Positions 49,295 to 58,717 are shown, counted from the stretch's first letter. The stretch is DNA of 64,000 nt from an uncultured virus (IMG/VR IMGVR_UViG_3300020036_006490) (IMGVR_UViG_3300020036_006490), one strand, 5' to 3'. Notes: generated by a model not told the origin, from the sequence alone. A program made the numbers and translations.

Positions 49295-51253
49295 TTATTT
49301 AATTAAAAATTCAGAAATTTTTGGTACTGCAGTCATAGGCAGTTTTTTTACGAATACTTTTCCAGCATTCTCCATAGAGCGCTTTAATATTTTAGAAACT
49401 CTATTACTAATAGAAATGTCACACTCAACATTTATTTCATCATGGACTATATTGACGATATATGCTCTATTTGACCAGCCTAGTTTTTCCATTTCTTTGT
49501 CAAATAATACGGCAGCCAATTTTGTCATAGAACCGCCAGTCCCTTGTATTCTAAAGTTTTGTGCATCTCTTTCATACCCACCTTTTAACTTAAAATAAGT
49601 ACTCCACACTTTAGACGGAATCTTATACGACGGGTGAAGAAGTAAAGAATTATTTATAAATTGCTCTACATTTTTAAATTCATTGTAATCTTGTAAATAT
49701 GATCTTCTTTTTGTTACACTATCTATTAAATGATACCCTTTAGATAATGCAAACTTTTGTTGTTTTTCAAAATATAGTTTAAGAGCAGGATATGATGTGA
49801 AAAACATATTAATCCACTCTTGAGCTTGTTTCATAGAAACTTGTGCAGAGTCTGAAATTTTATGAGCAGATGCGCCGTAAGCTATTGCAAAATTTAACAT
49901 CTTAGCAATAGGTCTATTTTGTGATGTTACTTCACCAAACATTTTTACAGCAGTGAAGCTATGGAAATCCCCATCACCATTTATAACAAAATCTATCATA
50001 CTTTCTTCATTAGCATATTCTGCTAATATACGACTTTCTTGTGAAGAATAATCACAAACGATAAATGTTTTGTTTTTCTCTGCTACAAAGCATGCTCTAA
50101 ACTCTTCAGTTGCAGGAATATTCTGCATATTAGGATCAGAAGAAGATACTCTACCAGTGTTGAGTATTTGATAAATATCAGTATGAACTCTTTTAGATAT
50201 AGGATTAACATTCGTTAAGAACTTAAATCCGTATGTGTTTACTGCAGTTTGTAATTTTTTGTAAGATAGATAGATAGGTAAAATATCGTATTTAGATTTA
50301 TACTTACCTACATGTGCTTTACCTACAGTATTTTTATACACAATTTCTTGACCTATAGAATTCTTTTTATCAATAATCTGAATTGGTATATCTAATTCTT
50401 TAAACAAAGGTACGATTTGTTTGGAACTATTCCAATTAATTCCTAAGTAATGTTCTAAATTATTATCAATTAAATAACGGTTTAGTTGGTATTCTGTATC
50501 TGCTAATTGTTTTTTATTTTTGGCTAATAAATCTAGCCATTTTTGAGGATCTAATTTGATACCTCTTAATTCCCATCTAGCTACAACCTTAGTAAAATTG
50601 TTTTCAAGGCTAACTGTTTTAGTTAGTTGATTTTCTTTAACTTTCTTTAATATCTTAGGATATGCTAATGACGGTATAACAACGTCTGCAGCAGAATACT
50701 TAATTAACTCTAAAGTAAGATCATCATAAGCAAGCTTTTCATAATCTTTTACCGTATTCTTTGATACATAATTTTCGAATAAGCTTAATTGCTTCGAATT
50801 TAAATTTAAATTTAGATATTTTTCTGAGATGGCTGCTAATGACCACGAAGCTTTTAAACCACAATTCAACACAGCTTCAGCTAAACCTATATCATATATA
50901 TTTTCTAATTCTACACCTAAATGATGTTTAATCATTTTAAAATCAAACTTAAGATTTACTCCTAGTTTAATAATAGATTTAGAAGTTAGAATTTTAGATA
51001 TAAGTCCTATGTTAACATATCTAGTATCTATTACGAACTGTTGATTCTCATCACCAATCTGTAATGATATTAGCATAGAAGTATACGGATCTAAACCAGA
51101 TCCTATTCCTACATATAGTGGATGTACCGAGGTCTCAGTATCTACAGTAACTACCTTACATTTTCTAAGATAAGAATATGCTTGATTAATTGTAACATTT
51201 TCTACACCTTCTACTGAATAAGGAGCTATTAATTTTATTTTGGATAAATCCAT
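49295..51253 (-). CDS. polA: Family A DNA polymerase with a 3'-5' exonuclease domain
   Basis: DTET (ExoI), TGRVSSSDPNMQNIP, DYSSQESRILA (motif A), AKMLNFAIAYG (motif B), VHDE (motif C). Confidence 0.95.
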   Translation of the reverse strand: MDLSKIKLIAPYSVEGVENVTINQAYSYLRKCKVVTVDTETSVHPLYVGIGSGLDPYTSMLISLQIGDENQQFVIDTRYVNIGLISKILTSKSIIKLGVNLKFDFKMIKHHLGVELENIYDIGLAEAVLNCGLKASWSLAAISEKYLNLNLNSKQLSLFENYVSKNTVKDYEKLAYDDLTLELIKYSAADVVIPSLAYPKILKKVKENQLTKTVSLENNFTKVVARWELRGIKLDPQKWLDLLAKNKKQLADTEYQLNRYLIDNNLEHYLGINWNSSKQIVPLFKELDIPIQIIDKKNSIGQEIVYKNTVGKAHVGKYKSKYDILPIYLSYKKLQTAVNTYGFKFLTNVNPISKRVHTDIYQILNTGRVSSSDPNMQNIPATEEFRACFVAEKNKTFIVCDYSSQESRILAEYANEESMIDFVINGDGDFHSFTAVKMFGEVTSQNRPIAKMLNFAIAYGASAHKISDSAQVSMKQAQEWINMFFTSYPALKLYFEKQQKFALSKGYHLIDSVTKRRSYLQDYNEFKNVEQFINNSLLLHPSYKIPSKVWSTYFKLKGGYERDAQNFRIQGTGGSMTKLAAVLFDKEMEKLGWSNRAYIVNIVHDEINVECDISISNRVSKILKRSMENAGKVFVKKLPMTAVPKISEFLIK

Positions 51254-51265
51254 TAAGAATGATTA

Positions 51266-51283
51266 AAACATCATCTTCGGTTA
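51266..51283 (-). promoter_or_regulatory. Conserved upstream motif TAACCGAAGATGATGTTT (copy before polA)
   Basis: 14/18 match to the 41232 copy. Core lies 23 nt from the polA ATG. Confidence 0.5.
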
Positions 51284-51646
51284 AATGTCTTCAGCTAAAA
51301 TTCTTTCGACATTTCTATAACGTATTCTTGTTAAAAGTTGGTATGAACTAATAGTTCCTGGGTTTATGGTAAATTTCTTACCATTCTTCTCTCCAGTCTC
51401 AATAATGCCTATATTTAGTAAGGCTTGACCAAAATGAGTTTTTGGGTTATCTTCTAGGTATTTGGTTAGAAATTGTAATATTTCATTGTTACATTCAACA
51501 ATGGTAGATTTCTGTTTTTTGGGATGACTCTCTTCCTTTTTGGATGGCTTCATTATCATATAAACAATTAGTACGATAAGTAGCATTCCTAAGAAGTAAA
51601 TAATCATCTCAGGATTTTCGTTTGCCCACATTTTAAGTTTTTCCAT
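51281..51646 (-). CDS. Small membrane-anchored protein
   Basis: Transmembrane segment IIYFLGMLLIVLIVYMIM. Start probably at ATG 51646. Confidence 0.6.
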   Translation of the reverse strand: MEKLKMWANENPEMIIYFLGMLLIVLIVYMIMKPSKKEESHPKKQKSTIVECNNEILQFLTKYLEDNPKTHFGQALLNIGIIETGEKNGKKFTINPGTISSYQLLTRIRYRNVERILAEDI

Positions 51647-51648
51647 AA

Positions 51649-52095
51649 TTATTGTTTTTGAATTTCCCAATTACCAGAAGGGATCTCTGGAAAAGACCCT
51701 TTAGGAGATTGATTAATTACGTTAAGAAGTCTATTACCGGCTATATAAATAAAAGCTTTTTTGCCTTCACTAATAAAATAAGAATGTAAATCAAATAAAT
51801 TGTTTTCTCTTGTGTCGTTATAGCCTTCTAAAATATTAATTGTATTTAATACTAATCTTGTAACTTTATACAATTCTCCATGTATTTCTGGACCGTTTTC
51901 ATCAAATACTAATGCTGGATATTGATTGTTTATATTCAATAGCTTAAACGTTCCTTGACGTATTGTTGTTTCTTCAATAAATTCAGATCCTTTTACATCT
52001 AGATATCTGTGATTACTACCACCTCTTTTTAAAGTTCCGTAAACAAATACGAAGATATCCTCTTCTTGTTCTTGTTTGTTTTTCTTTTTAGGCAT
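51649..52095 (-). CDS. Gamma-glutamylcyclotransferase (AIG2/GGACT-like)
   Basis: FVFVYGTLKRG, YPAL, IHGELYKV and LEGY. Confidence 0.88.
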   Translation of the reverse strand: MPKKKNKQEQEEDIFVFVYGTLKRGGSNHRYLDVKGSEFIEETTIRQGTFKLLNINNQYPALVFDENGPEIHGELYKVTRLVLNTINILEGYNDTRENNLFDLHSYFISEGKKAFIYIAGNRLLNVINQSPKGSFPEIPSGNWEIQKQ

Positions 52096-52096
52096 A

Positions 52097-52744
52097 TTAC
52101 TCGATTAATAAATTAATAATAGATTTTTTTAACTCGACTAATTTTTTAGTAGCTGCATTTTTTTCAGCAACTTTATTTTGAAATTTCTTTTGCCAATTAA
52201 GTACAGCAATTTCGTAGTTTTTACAAGATTCTTGTAAAGATGTGTTTATTGGTGCTAATTCTTCATTTCGTGCAACTGCTTCTCTAAGACTTGCTTTGTA
52301 GCTTTGATGAGTCTCTTCTGCAGTTTTTTTAAATTCTGTAAAATCTGTTTTACAGTTTTCAAATTTCTTCTGCCAATTAACTATAGCAGTTTCATAGCTT
52401 TTACAAGCATCTTGTAGGGCTGTGTTTTTTAATGTTAATTCTGAAACTTCTCCATTAAGTCTTTCAACTTCTTTTTTTAATTCTTCAGTTTTCTTTTCAA
52501 ATTTATCAACTAATTCTTTCTCAAAATTTTCTGTAATTTTAACAATATGTGCTTCAGCTCTTAGCCTTCCTTCGATTTCAATTTTTATAGCTTCTTTCAA
52601 ACTACGTACTTCATTTTCTAACATAGTTTTCTTCTTTACCCTTTCAAAGTATTTATTTTTTAAACTTATATTTTCTGATGCTAGTCTTGAAACTTCTTCT
52701 GAAAGCTTTTCGACTTCCTTTTTCAATTCTAGAATTGTAACCAT
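52097..52744 (-). CDS. Coiled-coil protein with internal duplications
   Basis: Heptad-rich. Repeats LQDACKSYETAIVNWQKKFEN and LQESCKNYEIAVLNWQKKFQN are 60 aa apart. Confidence 0.65.
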   Translation of the reverse strand: MVTILELKKEVEKLSEEVSRLASENISLKNKYFERVKKKTMLENEVRSLKEAIKIEIEGRLRAEAHIVKITENFEKELVDKFEKKTEELKKEVERLNGEVSELTLKNTALQDACKSYETAIVNWQKKFENCKTDFTEFKKTAEETHQSYKASLREAVARNEELAPINTSLQESCKNYEIAVLNWQKKFQNKVAEKNAATKKLVELKKSIINLLIE

Positions 52745-52760
52745 AGGGTAATTTTTATTG

Positions 52761-53087
52761 TTAGTAAATCTCTTTCCCGTTTACCTTAAGAAATGAATCT
52801 TTAGGTAGTTTATCCAGTTCATCAATTTCTTTGTTTGCTACTGGACCTATTTTATGTAGTACTCTAACTTTGTATGTGCTAGATGCATTTGGTATTGTAC
52901 CATCTACGAATTCTACTTGATATCTATCAAAACGATAGACTAGTTGTTTTTGAGTAGATGATTCGTATTCTGTTTCAGATTTGAGAATAATAGGTAGGCC
53001 AAGGCTAATCAATTTGACTAGCCTGGCTTTCCCTATCAATTCAGTTTGTAATTCGTCGTGGTAAATATTTACAACCTCTCCAATCAT
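52761..53087 (-). CDS. Hypothetical protein (start probably ATG 53087)
   Basis: ORF track gives 52761..53150. The internal ATG directly follows the upstream gene's stop. Confidence 0.5.
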   Translation of the reverse strand: MIGEVVNIYHDELQTELIGKARLVKLISLGLPIILKSETEYESSTQKQLVYRFDRYQVEFVDGTIPNASSTYKVRVLHKIGPVANKEIDELDKLPKDSFLKVNGKEIY

Positions 53088-53088
53088 A

Positions 53089-53781
53089 TTATAACTTATA
53101 CATATGAATGTGCAATCCAGTCGCACGTCTATTTTCAAATATATATTCACTAAATCTATCTCTAAATTCGTCTAATCGACGAGATCTAGGTTTATCTTCC
53201 ACGTAAAAAGAAAGCTTATGGTCTTGCAGCCATTCTAGGCCCCCGGGGCTTATAAGCCATTCTAACATATTGCGGCCATGTTTATCCATGTTGATATCGA
53301 TGGCTTCGCCTGTGGAGTGTTTGGAGTGCTTGCAATAGAGCCTCCGCATTGAGGTTATTAAAACACTTCCAGGTCCATTATAAGATTTAAGTGCTTTACA
53401 TAGCGAACTATGTAAGTATCTGTCAACGTTAGATGCCACTCTAAATCCTTCAAAAGACATTATTGACGATTTTTTGGATTTATTGATCTTGCGATTCTTA
53501 GCAACGTTGTCAGATTTTTTATTTGAACGGTTTTCGTGCTTCTGGACAGTAAGTTCTGCTAAGGAGTCCACATTACATTGATAGTAATCTATAATCTCTA
53601 ACAATTCATCTGTTTTTTGCACAGTCATTTGATGGGTTTCTTTAATTTCTGTATACAAATAAGTACAAGTTGCTAATAGCAGCATATTCATAAATATAGA
53701 TACTAATTGAAATTGAGAAAGTTTGAATTCTTTAATCTTGGATTCTATTTTCTCTGTAACCCATTTTGAAGCTAAATACAT
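53089..53781 (-). CDS. M15-like (LAS) zinc peptidase with an N-terminal membrane anchor
   Basis: ITSMRR..SKHSTGEAIDI (H-x6-D) and a C-terminal HIH. Hydrophobic segment at residues ~22-43. Confidence 0.7.
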   Translation of the reverse strand: MYLASKWVTEKIESKIKEFKLSQFQLVSIFMNMLLLATCTYLYTEIKETHQMTVQKTDELLEIIDYYQCNVDSLAELTVQKHENRSNKKSDNVAKNRKINKSKKSSIMSFEGFRVASNVDRYLHSSLCKALKSYNGPGSVLITSMRRLYCKHSKHSTGEAIDINMDKHGRNMLEWLISPGGLEWLQDHKLSFYVEDKPRSRRLDEFRDRFSEYIFENRRATGLHIHMYKL

Positions 53782-53805
53782 AATATTAATTTAAGTAATT
53801 TCAAA

Positions 53806-54058
53806 ACACACTTTAAACTGATCTGTTTCACCCTCAGCAGGCGCAGACATTTAATATCTGCGGTCAGGTGTGTATAGCATACGAAGAGCCTTGTCAGTTC
53901 AAAGAATCTCTGCTTTTTGGAAAGCAGGATTATTGTGATTCCTCGGTGTGAACTTTTCAACGTATACTCGATTGGATGGCGTAGTATCTCCTACGATTTT
54001 TGGCACCCAAACCGAATCTTTAATCCCATCTCTTCACGAGCCTGAGATATATGCTCTT
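53806..54058 (-). ncRNA. Candidate large structured RNA (unassigned family)
   Basis: About ten nested helices in a GC-richer intergenic gap. Several G-U pairs favour the minus strand. Confidence 0.55.
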
Positions 54059-54097
54059 TTATAATATAGAAGTTTTCCTTCTTTATTTGTAATTTGT

Positions 54098-55453
54098 TTA
54101 ATACCGTCTAGACCGTATCCGATACCTAGCGGCTTGTGCGTTTGTACGTCTCGAAGAACTAGAAATTGGTTTGCGGCTATTAGATCCACTATTCATTGTT
54201 CTAGCTTTTTCGGCGTTCAGTTCTTCTTCACGTTTTCTTTTGAGTAATTCATTGCGTTTAATTTTTAGTTTAGAAATTGGTTCCAAGTCAGAAGCTGTAA
54301 CGACTTTGTCAACTACAGCTTTAGTTTTTAAATGTTTTTGTCTTTTTAAATACCAGTTTTGTAATACTGGATGAGTTATCACATCAAAGATGTGTATATC
54401 TGATTCTATAGGTTTATCAAAATCGTATGCGTATTGGCATAAACACTGTAACGCTAAAATCCAATTTTCTAATTGATAAATATCAGAGGTTGCATTTACA
54501 AATCTGAATTCTTGAAAATTTGCATTAGATTTGGTTGGATATAAAGCATTATATTTTACATCATAATGATTAAACATATAATTAATGACGTCATTTATTG
54601 ATGTATAACGAGAAGTAAAAAATTTACAATAATCATTATCTATTCTGTGTCTTGGTACTATATGTGTAAATCCAGGTTCCAAATATACAAATAAAGTTAA
54701 TAGTCTGGTAAGATATTGCCTTTTATTTGCAATATTTAATGTCGGAAGTTTGAAGTTTATATGCAATCCACATGAAGGGTTAACAAACATACAAGGATTC
54801 CCATCATTAGCTTTAACTTTGAAAAGAAAAAAAGCTTTTCGCAATTCTTTGAAATCATACAAAGCTGGTGTAGAAAATTCTATTTTATAAGCAGCTGTAG
54901 AAAGTGTTAAGCTAATTTCTTCATCCAAAGTTGGAGATTTTGTAATACGTTTAATATTACTGGTAAGGACTTTTAGGTATTCCTTAGTTTCAGCTAAACT
55001 GTTTTTTATATCTTCCGGTACTTTTTCCATATCTTCAGGAGATAATGTATAATTAACTGCCGCATCCCCTCTATAATTTAAATTATTTATACTTTTTGTA
55101 TCTATTGTATATGGAAACTTACCTTCAGTAGCTAATTTCTTTAACTTTTCTTCATCTACTCTAATACTACCATCATGATGTAGATACCAATAAGGATATG
55201 GGTATAGATCGCCACTAGAACCGCCACTACTATTAGGATTTATAGAACATCCAACAGATTTCATTAATTGCCTCATTGTAATACGATCATAAGCCGTCCA
55301 AGCTTCTATCTCTACGTATGGTAAAAAGTTTGTATCGATTTTAGGTCTAGGGTTTTGTCTAAGGAATTTAGCTAACTCAAGACGAGTTAATTCATCCTCT
55401 AATATTTTTCCGTCTTCTAAGCATTTTAAAGCTTTTTCAGTTATGTTCGGCAT
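54098..55453 (-). CDS. Amidoligase (COOH-NH2 ligase, Amidoligase_2-like)
   Basis: VEIE, IEFSTP, NPSCGLHINF and QEFR motifs. Confidence 0.75.
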   Translation of the reverse strand: MPNITEKALKCLEDGKILEDELTRLELAKFLRQNPRPKIDTNFLPYVEIEAWTAYDRITMRQLMKSVGCSINPNSSGGSSGDLYPYPYWYLHHDGSIRVDEEKLKKLATEGKFPYTIDTKSINNLNYRGDAAVNYTLSPEDMEKVPEDIKNSLAETKEYLKVLTSNIKRITKSPTLDEEISLTLSTAAYKIEFSTPALYDFKELRKAFFLFKVKANDGNPCMFVNPSCGLHINFKLPTLNIANKRQYLTRLLTLFVYLEPGFTHIVPRHRIDNDYCKFFTSRYTSINDVINYMFNHYDVKYNALYPTKSNANFQEFRFVNATSDIYQLENWILALQCLCQYAYDFDKPIESDIHIFDVITHPVLQNWYLKRQKHLKTKAVVDKVVTASDLEPISKLKIKRNELLKRKREEELNAEKARTMNSGSNSRKPISSSSRRTNAQAARYRIRSRRY

Positions 55454-56357
55454 TATTTTTCAATTTGTAAAGTGAAGAAATTCTCTTTGTCAGATTAGAG
55501 TATTTTGAAGGTTCAAGTAGAACAAAGTCAATAAAATTTTCTTTAAGTAGGTTATTATTTGAAGACTTTTTACAAAAATGTATTAAAGCAAATCCAAACT
55601 CTACAATGGAATTAAATTCTTCTATATTTAGTGTAGATCCGAACCAACGAACCTCTAAGCATCTTCTTCCACACTTTGATGCCCATAAATTGAAAACACT
55701 ATTAAAAGAAGTTTTATGATTGTCATCCTTAAAGAATTTTACAATTTGATCTCTGTGATCAGAAAAACTTCTGAAAACTATTCTTGGATCTTCTGTACCG
55801 TAAGTATTTCCTAAAAAGGAGTTCATATCGGTCAATATTTGAGCACCTCTTTTTCTAGAGGACATCCGGATCATAAAATCAATGTTATTAAATGCGAATT
55901 CGCATAGTTTTTTGATTACTAACGCTCTTTCCCTGGCATTTTTGCCTAAAAAATCATAATCAATATTAAGATGTATTCCGGCAGTCAGCTTCTCATCAGA
56001 AAATCCTAAGCTTTTTGCTGTTTCCATGAATTTTTTAAGATTGTCTTGAAACCCTGAATTTTTATAAAGAGTCAAACATCTTGGTGCAATATTAGCTTCT
56101 ACACCACCACCATCTAAAACAAAGTCTTCGTATAGTGGAAATTCTTCTTTAAAATATGGTATTAAAACGTTTAAAATAACATCGACACTTGGTTTTATAC
56201 CTTCTGGGACTAATTTATTTGTTGTAATCCATTTCCAAGTAGCGCGTTTTTGAATATGGTCTGGATCATATGCAATTTCATATTCAACTGAAATCATATC
56301 AGGATCAGAATTAGTTACATATCCAGTATATTTACCTAAATTAATTTCCTTTTGCAT
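55437..56357 (-). CDS. Second amidoligase (COOH-NH2 ligase fold)
   Basis: SVEYEI, DGGGVE, AGIHLNI and LEVRWF motifs. Confidence 0.7.
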   Translation of the reverse strand: MQKEINLGKYTGYVTNSDPDMISVEYEIAYDPDHIQKRATWKWITTNKLVPEGIKPSVDVILNVLIPYFKEEFPLYEDFVLDGGGVEANIAPRCLTLYKNSGFQDNLKKFMETAKSLGFSDEKLTAGIHLNIDYDFLGKNARERALVIKKLCEFAFNNIDFMIRMSSRKRGAQILTDMNSFLGNTYGTEDPRIVFRSFSDHRDQIVKFFKDDNHKTSFNSVFNLWASKCGRRCLEVRWFGSTLNIEEFNSIVEFGFALIHFCKKSSNNNLLKENFIDFVLLEPSKYSNLTKRISSLYKLKNNAEHN

Positions 56358-57093
56358 TTTTACTCATTATTTCGTTAATCAATTCGTGAGTAATTAAATC
56401 ACCTACTAAACTTCCAGTTTGTTTGAAAGTCGATGATGATAATAGATTGTACATCCTTTCGGGATGATGTTGTACTCCAGCTATAGGGAGTGTTTTATGC
56501 TTAAAAGCTTCTACACATTCTACATTATCAGCACTACCAGCACCACTAAAAGCTACAGCTTCTAGATCAGAGCCTAAAATACTAACAGCTTGGTGATGAG
56601 AAGTATTTACTTTATACTCGTGGTTTTTTGATTTGATAATATGCAGTCCTGTATTTACATCATGACCGTCTATATGAGCATACATTTTTGAGCCGAAGTG
56701 TGCAGCTAGTAGCTGAAAGCCTAGACATATTCCAAATATTGGAATCTTGTGTTCAATATAAGAATCTAATAGAAATGTTCTAAAAAATTCAATATGTGGA
56801 TCAGTCTTACCATGTTGATAAGATAATTTTCGACCTAAGAATGCTTTATTAGTAGCACTCAGGTCAGCACCTCCAGTAATAATTAATAAGTCAAGATCAC
56901 CTCGAAATTCATCCGGCATTACAAGGCGAGGATTGCCTTTGGTGGCGGCAAAATCGAGATATTGTGACATGGAGTGATTGGAGGTATGTGGTGAGAATAG
57001 AACTCCGACAGTTCTTCCTGAATTTCCCGATCCCTCTTTGGAGGTGGGGGTAATGGTTTCGGGGATGAACGGACTAACAATGGTTTGTGACAT
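56341..57093 (-). CDS. Class I glutamine amidotransferase / peptidase C26 (gamma-glutamyl hydrolase-like)
   Basis: ITGGAD, GICLGFQ (Cys nucleophile), HHQAV and QHHPE (His-Pro-Glu). Confidence 0.88.
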   Translation of the reverse strand: MSQTIVSPFIPETITPTSKEGSGNSGRTVGVLFSPHTSNHSMSQYLDFAATKGNPRLVMPDEFRGDLDLLIITGGADLSATNKAFLGRKLSYQHGKTDPHIEFFRTFLLDSYIEHKIPIFGICLGFQLLAAHFGSKMYAHIDGHDVNTGLHIIKSKNHEYKVNTSHHQAVSILGSDLEAVAFSGAGSADNVECVEAFKHKTLPIAGVQHHPERMYNLLSSSTFKQTGSLVGDLITHELINEIMSKNAKGN

Positions 57094-57248
57094 ACCTTAG
57101 AATTGGGTTTTGGTTTTTTAATAAATCTTTTAGTTTTTCCTACGTAATCAATCACAGGTTTAACTGCGATAATCGTAGGCTCCGGGTCATTAGTTTCAAT
57201 ATCAAATACTTCAACTAACGTGTCTAAAGCTTCTTCTCTACTGATCAT
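56919..57248 (-). CDS. Hypothetical protein (3' half overlaps the GATase gene)
   Basis: Fills the 57093-57248 gap with a plausible start. The 175-nt overlap makes its extent doubtful. Confidence 0.35.
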   Translation of the reverse strand: MISREEALDTLVEVFDIETNDPEPTIIAVKPVIDYVGKTKRFIKKPKPNSKVCHKPLLVRSSPKPLPPPPKRDREIQEELSEFYSHHIPPITPCHNISILPPPKAILAL

Positions 57249-57255
57249 ACGCTAT

Positions 57256-58014
57256 TTATTTAATTCTTATTCTCTCTCCTGGAAAAACAACGAAATTTTC
57301 TCTATTTTTTACCTTAGGATTGAGATTTAATAATGTTCGAACTTCAATACATTTTGAATCTGCTAACAGCTTTAAGTTTTCACCAGCTTTTATAATGTGG
57401 TATTCAGTACCATTTGATGTACAGACAGTATTGTTGGATGGTTTTGGTATTATAGGTGCTTTAGCATAAAATTTATTTTCTCCTAGTTTAACATAAGATA
57501 CTTTAGAATTCTTTAATCCGATTTCGAAATTAATTTCTTTATTGGTTTCGGATGTTAAAGATGTTTTTAGAATGTTATATTCAATGGTTAAGTTTCGTGT
57601 CCACGGTTTGGAGACTGTAAAATCACAACCCATAGTAATAGCCATGTTTTTATCATATTGCTGTAATGTCAGTTTTGTAGCATCTAAAAGGAAATAGAAA
57701 ACTTTATCTGACTTATAGCCGTTATTAGCTGTGGGTAAATAGTGATAAAAAGTTAAAGATTTGTCTAAGACAATATTTTCTTTAATTTCTAAGTTCAAGG
57801 TTGAGTTTGAGGATTCTGGCTCTGGTGAGGATTCTGCAATAGGTTGAGGATCTGGTTGCTTAGGTGCAACTTGTGTTGGAAAGGTGTTTTCCGAGCCATT
57901 TGTTAGTGATGATACAAAGGAAGTATCAACTACAGGTGTAGGATTCTTAAAAGAATTGGGAGGTGTTGGCGTACATCCTATTAAAAATAGGAAAAATATA
58001 ACAACATTACGCAT
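57256..58014 (-). CDS. Lipoprotein with a C-terminal LysM domain
   Basis: Signal peptide and lipobox MRNVVIFFLFLIG-C. C-terminal YHIIKAGENLKLLA..LLNLNP..VFPGERIRI. Confidence 0.75.
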   Translation of the reverse strand: MRNVVIFFLFLIGCTPTPPNSFKNPTPVVDTSFVSSLTNGSENTFPTQVAPKQPDPQPIAESSPEPESSNSTLNLEIKENIVLDKSLTFYHYLPTANNGYKSDKVFYFLLDATKLTLQQYDKNMAITMGCDFTVSKPWTRNLTIEYNILKTSLTSETNKEINFEIGLKNSKVSYVKLGENKFYAKAPIIPKPSNNTVCTSNGTEYHIIKAGENLKLLADSKCIEVRTLLNLNPKVKNRENFVVFPGERIRIK

Positions 58015-58717
58015 AATTAAAGAATTTTAATGGTATATCAAGATAGATGTTTTCAATGTTAACTATTTTAACACGTAACTCATCTAATTTATCTGCTATG
58101 GCTAATTCTAGCCTTTTATCACTACCGTCTCTTTTAGACATATGTATATCTTCAAAAATGTATTCGTTATAAATGTTTTCTTTTACGTTATCTGCAGAGC
58201 TTGCTTGAGGATGCCCTAAAAATTGAACTACATGTCCACTAAAATGATCTTTGCTTAACTCTAAAGGTTCTGCATAACGAACCTCAGTTTCATAGTGTTT
58301 ATCCAAATTTATTACTTTATAGACAGATTTATCTTTAGCATAATTTCCTCTCATGTGAGATCTTTCTAAAATGTTTACAGTACCTCTTATCAAATCTGGT
58401 TTCCCTAATTCATAAAATGGATCGTTCAGCACTCTATACTTAGAGGACAACATGTTTTTACTAGGAATTATATAATTAAATGGGGGATCCATGTAGTTAA
58501 ATAATTTAGAATGTAATGGATATCTAATAACCCATTTACGCCAATTGAAATTGACATGCATTTCAGCATCTTCAGCACTATAGTGAACAAAAATACCACA
58601 AGCTTCTTTTGGATTTATGTGTGACAATGTAGGCAATTCTTTTATTTGTACAAAATCTCCAATACTAATTGGAATAATGTTTTTTGAATGCAATAGTTTT
58701 GTTACTCTATCTGCCAT
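58007..58717 (-). CDS. Hypothetical protein, member of a tandem paralog array
   Basis: IGDFVQI..SGHVVQF..VKIVNIENIYLDIPL. Start probably at ATG 58717. Confidence 0.55.
   Translation of the reverse strand: MADRVTKLLHSKNIIPISIGDFVQIKELPTLSHINPKEACGIFVHYSAEDAEMHVNFNWRKWVIRYPLHSKLFNYMDPPFNYIIPSKNMLSSKYRVLNDPFYELGKPDLIRGTVNILERSHMRGNYAKDKSVYKVINLDKHYETEVRYAEPLELSKDHFSGHVVQFLGHPQASSADNVKENIYNEYIFEDIHMSKRDGSDKRLELAIADKLDELRVKIVNIENIYLDIPLKFFNYA

Noticed and set aside
53772..53960. 62-aa minus-strand ORF
   Set aside because: TTG start and no motifs. It runs through the helices of the structured RNA candidate, which explains the region better.
53820..54060. Hammerhead-like CTGCTGA...GAAAC and SAM-I-like GGTGCCAA fragments
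   Set aside because: The hammerhead core needs CUGANGA with a stem II before GAAA, and the other SAM-I elements are missing. These are short chance matches.
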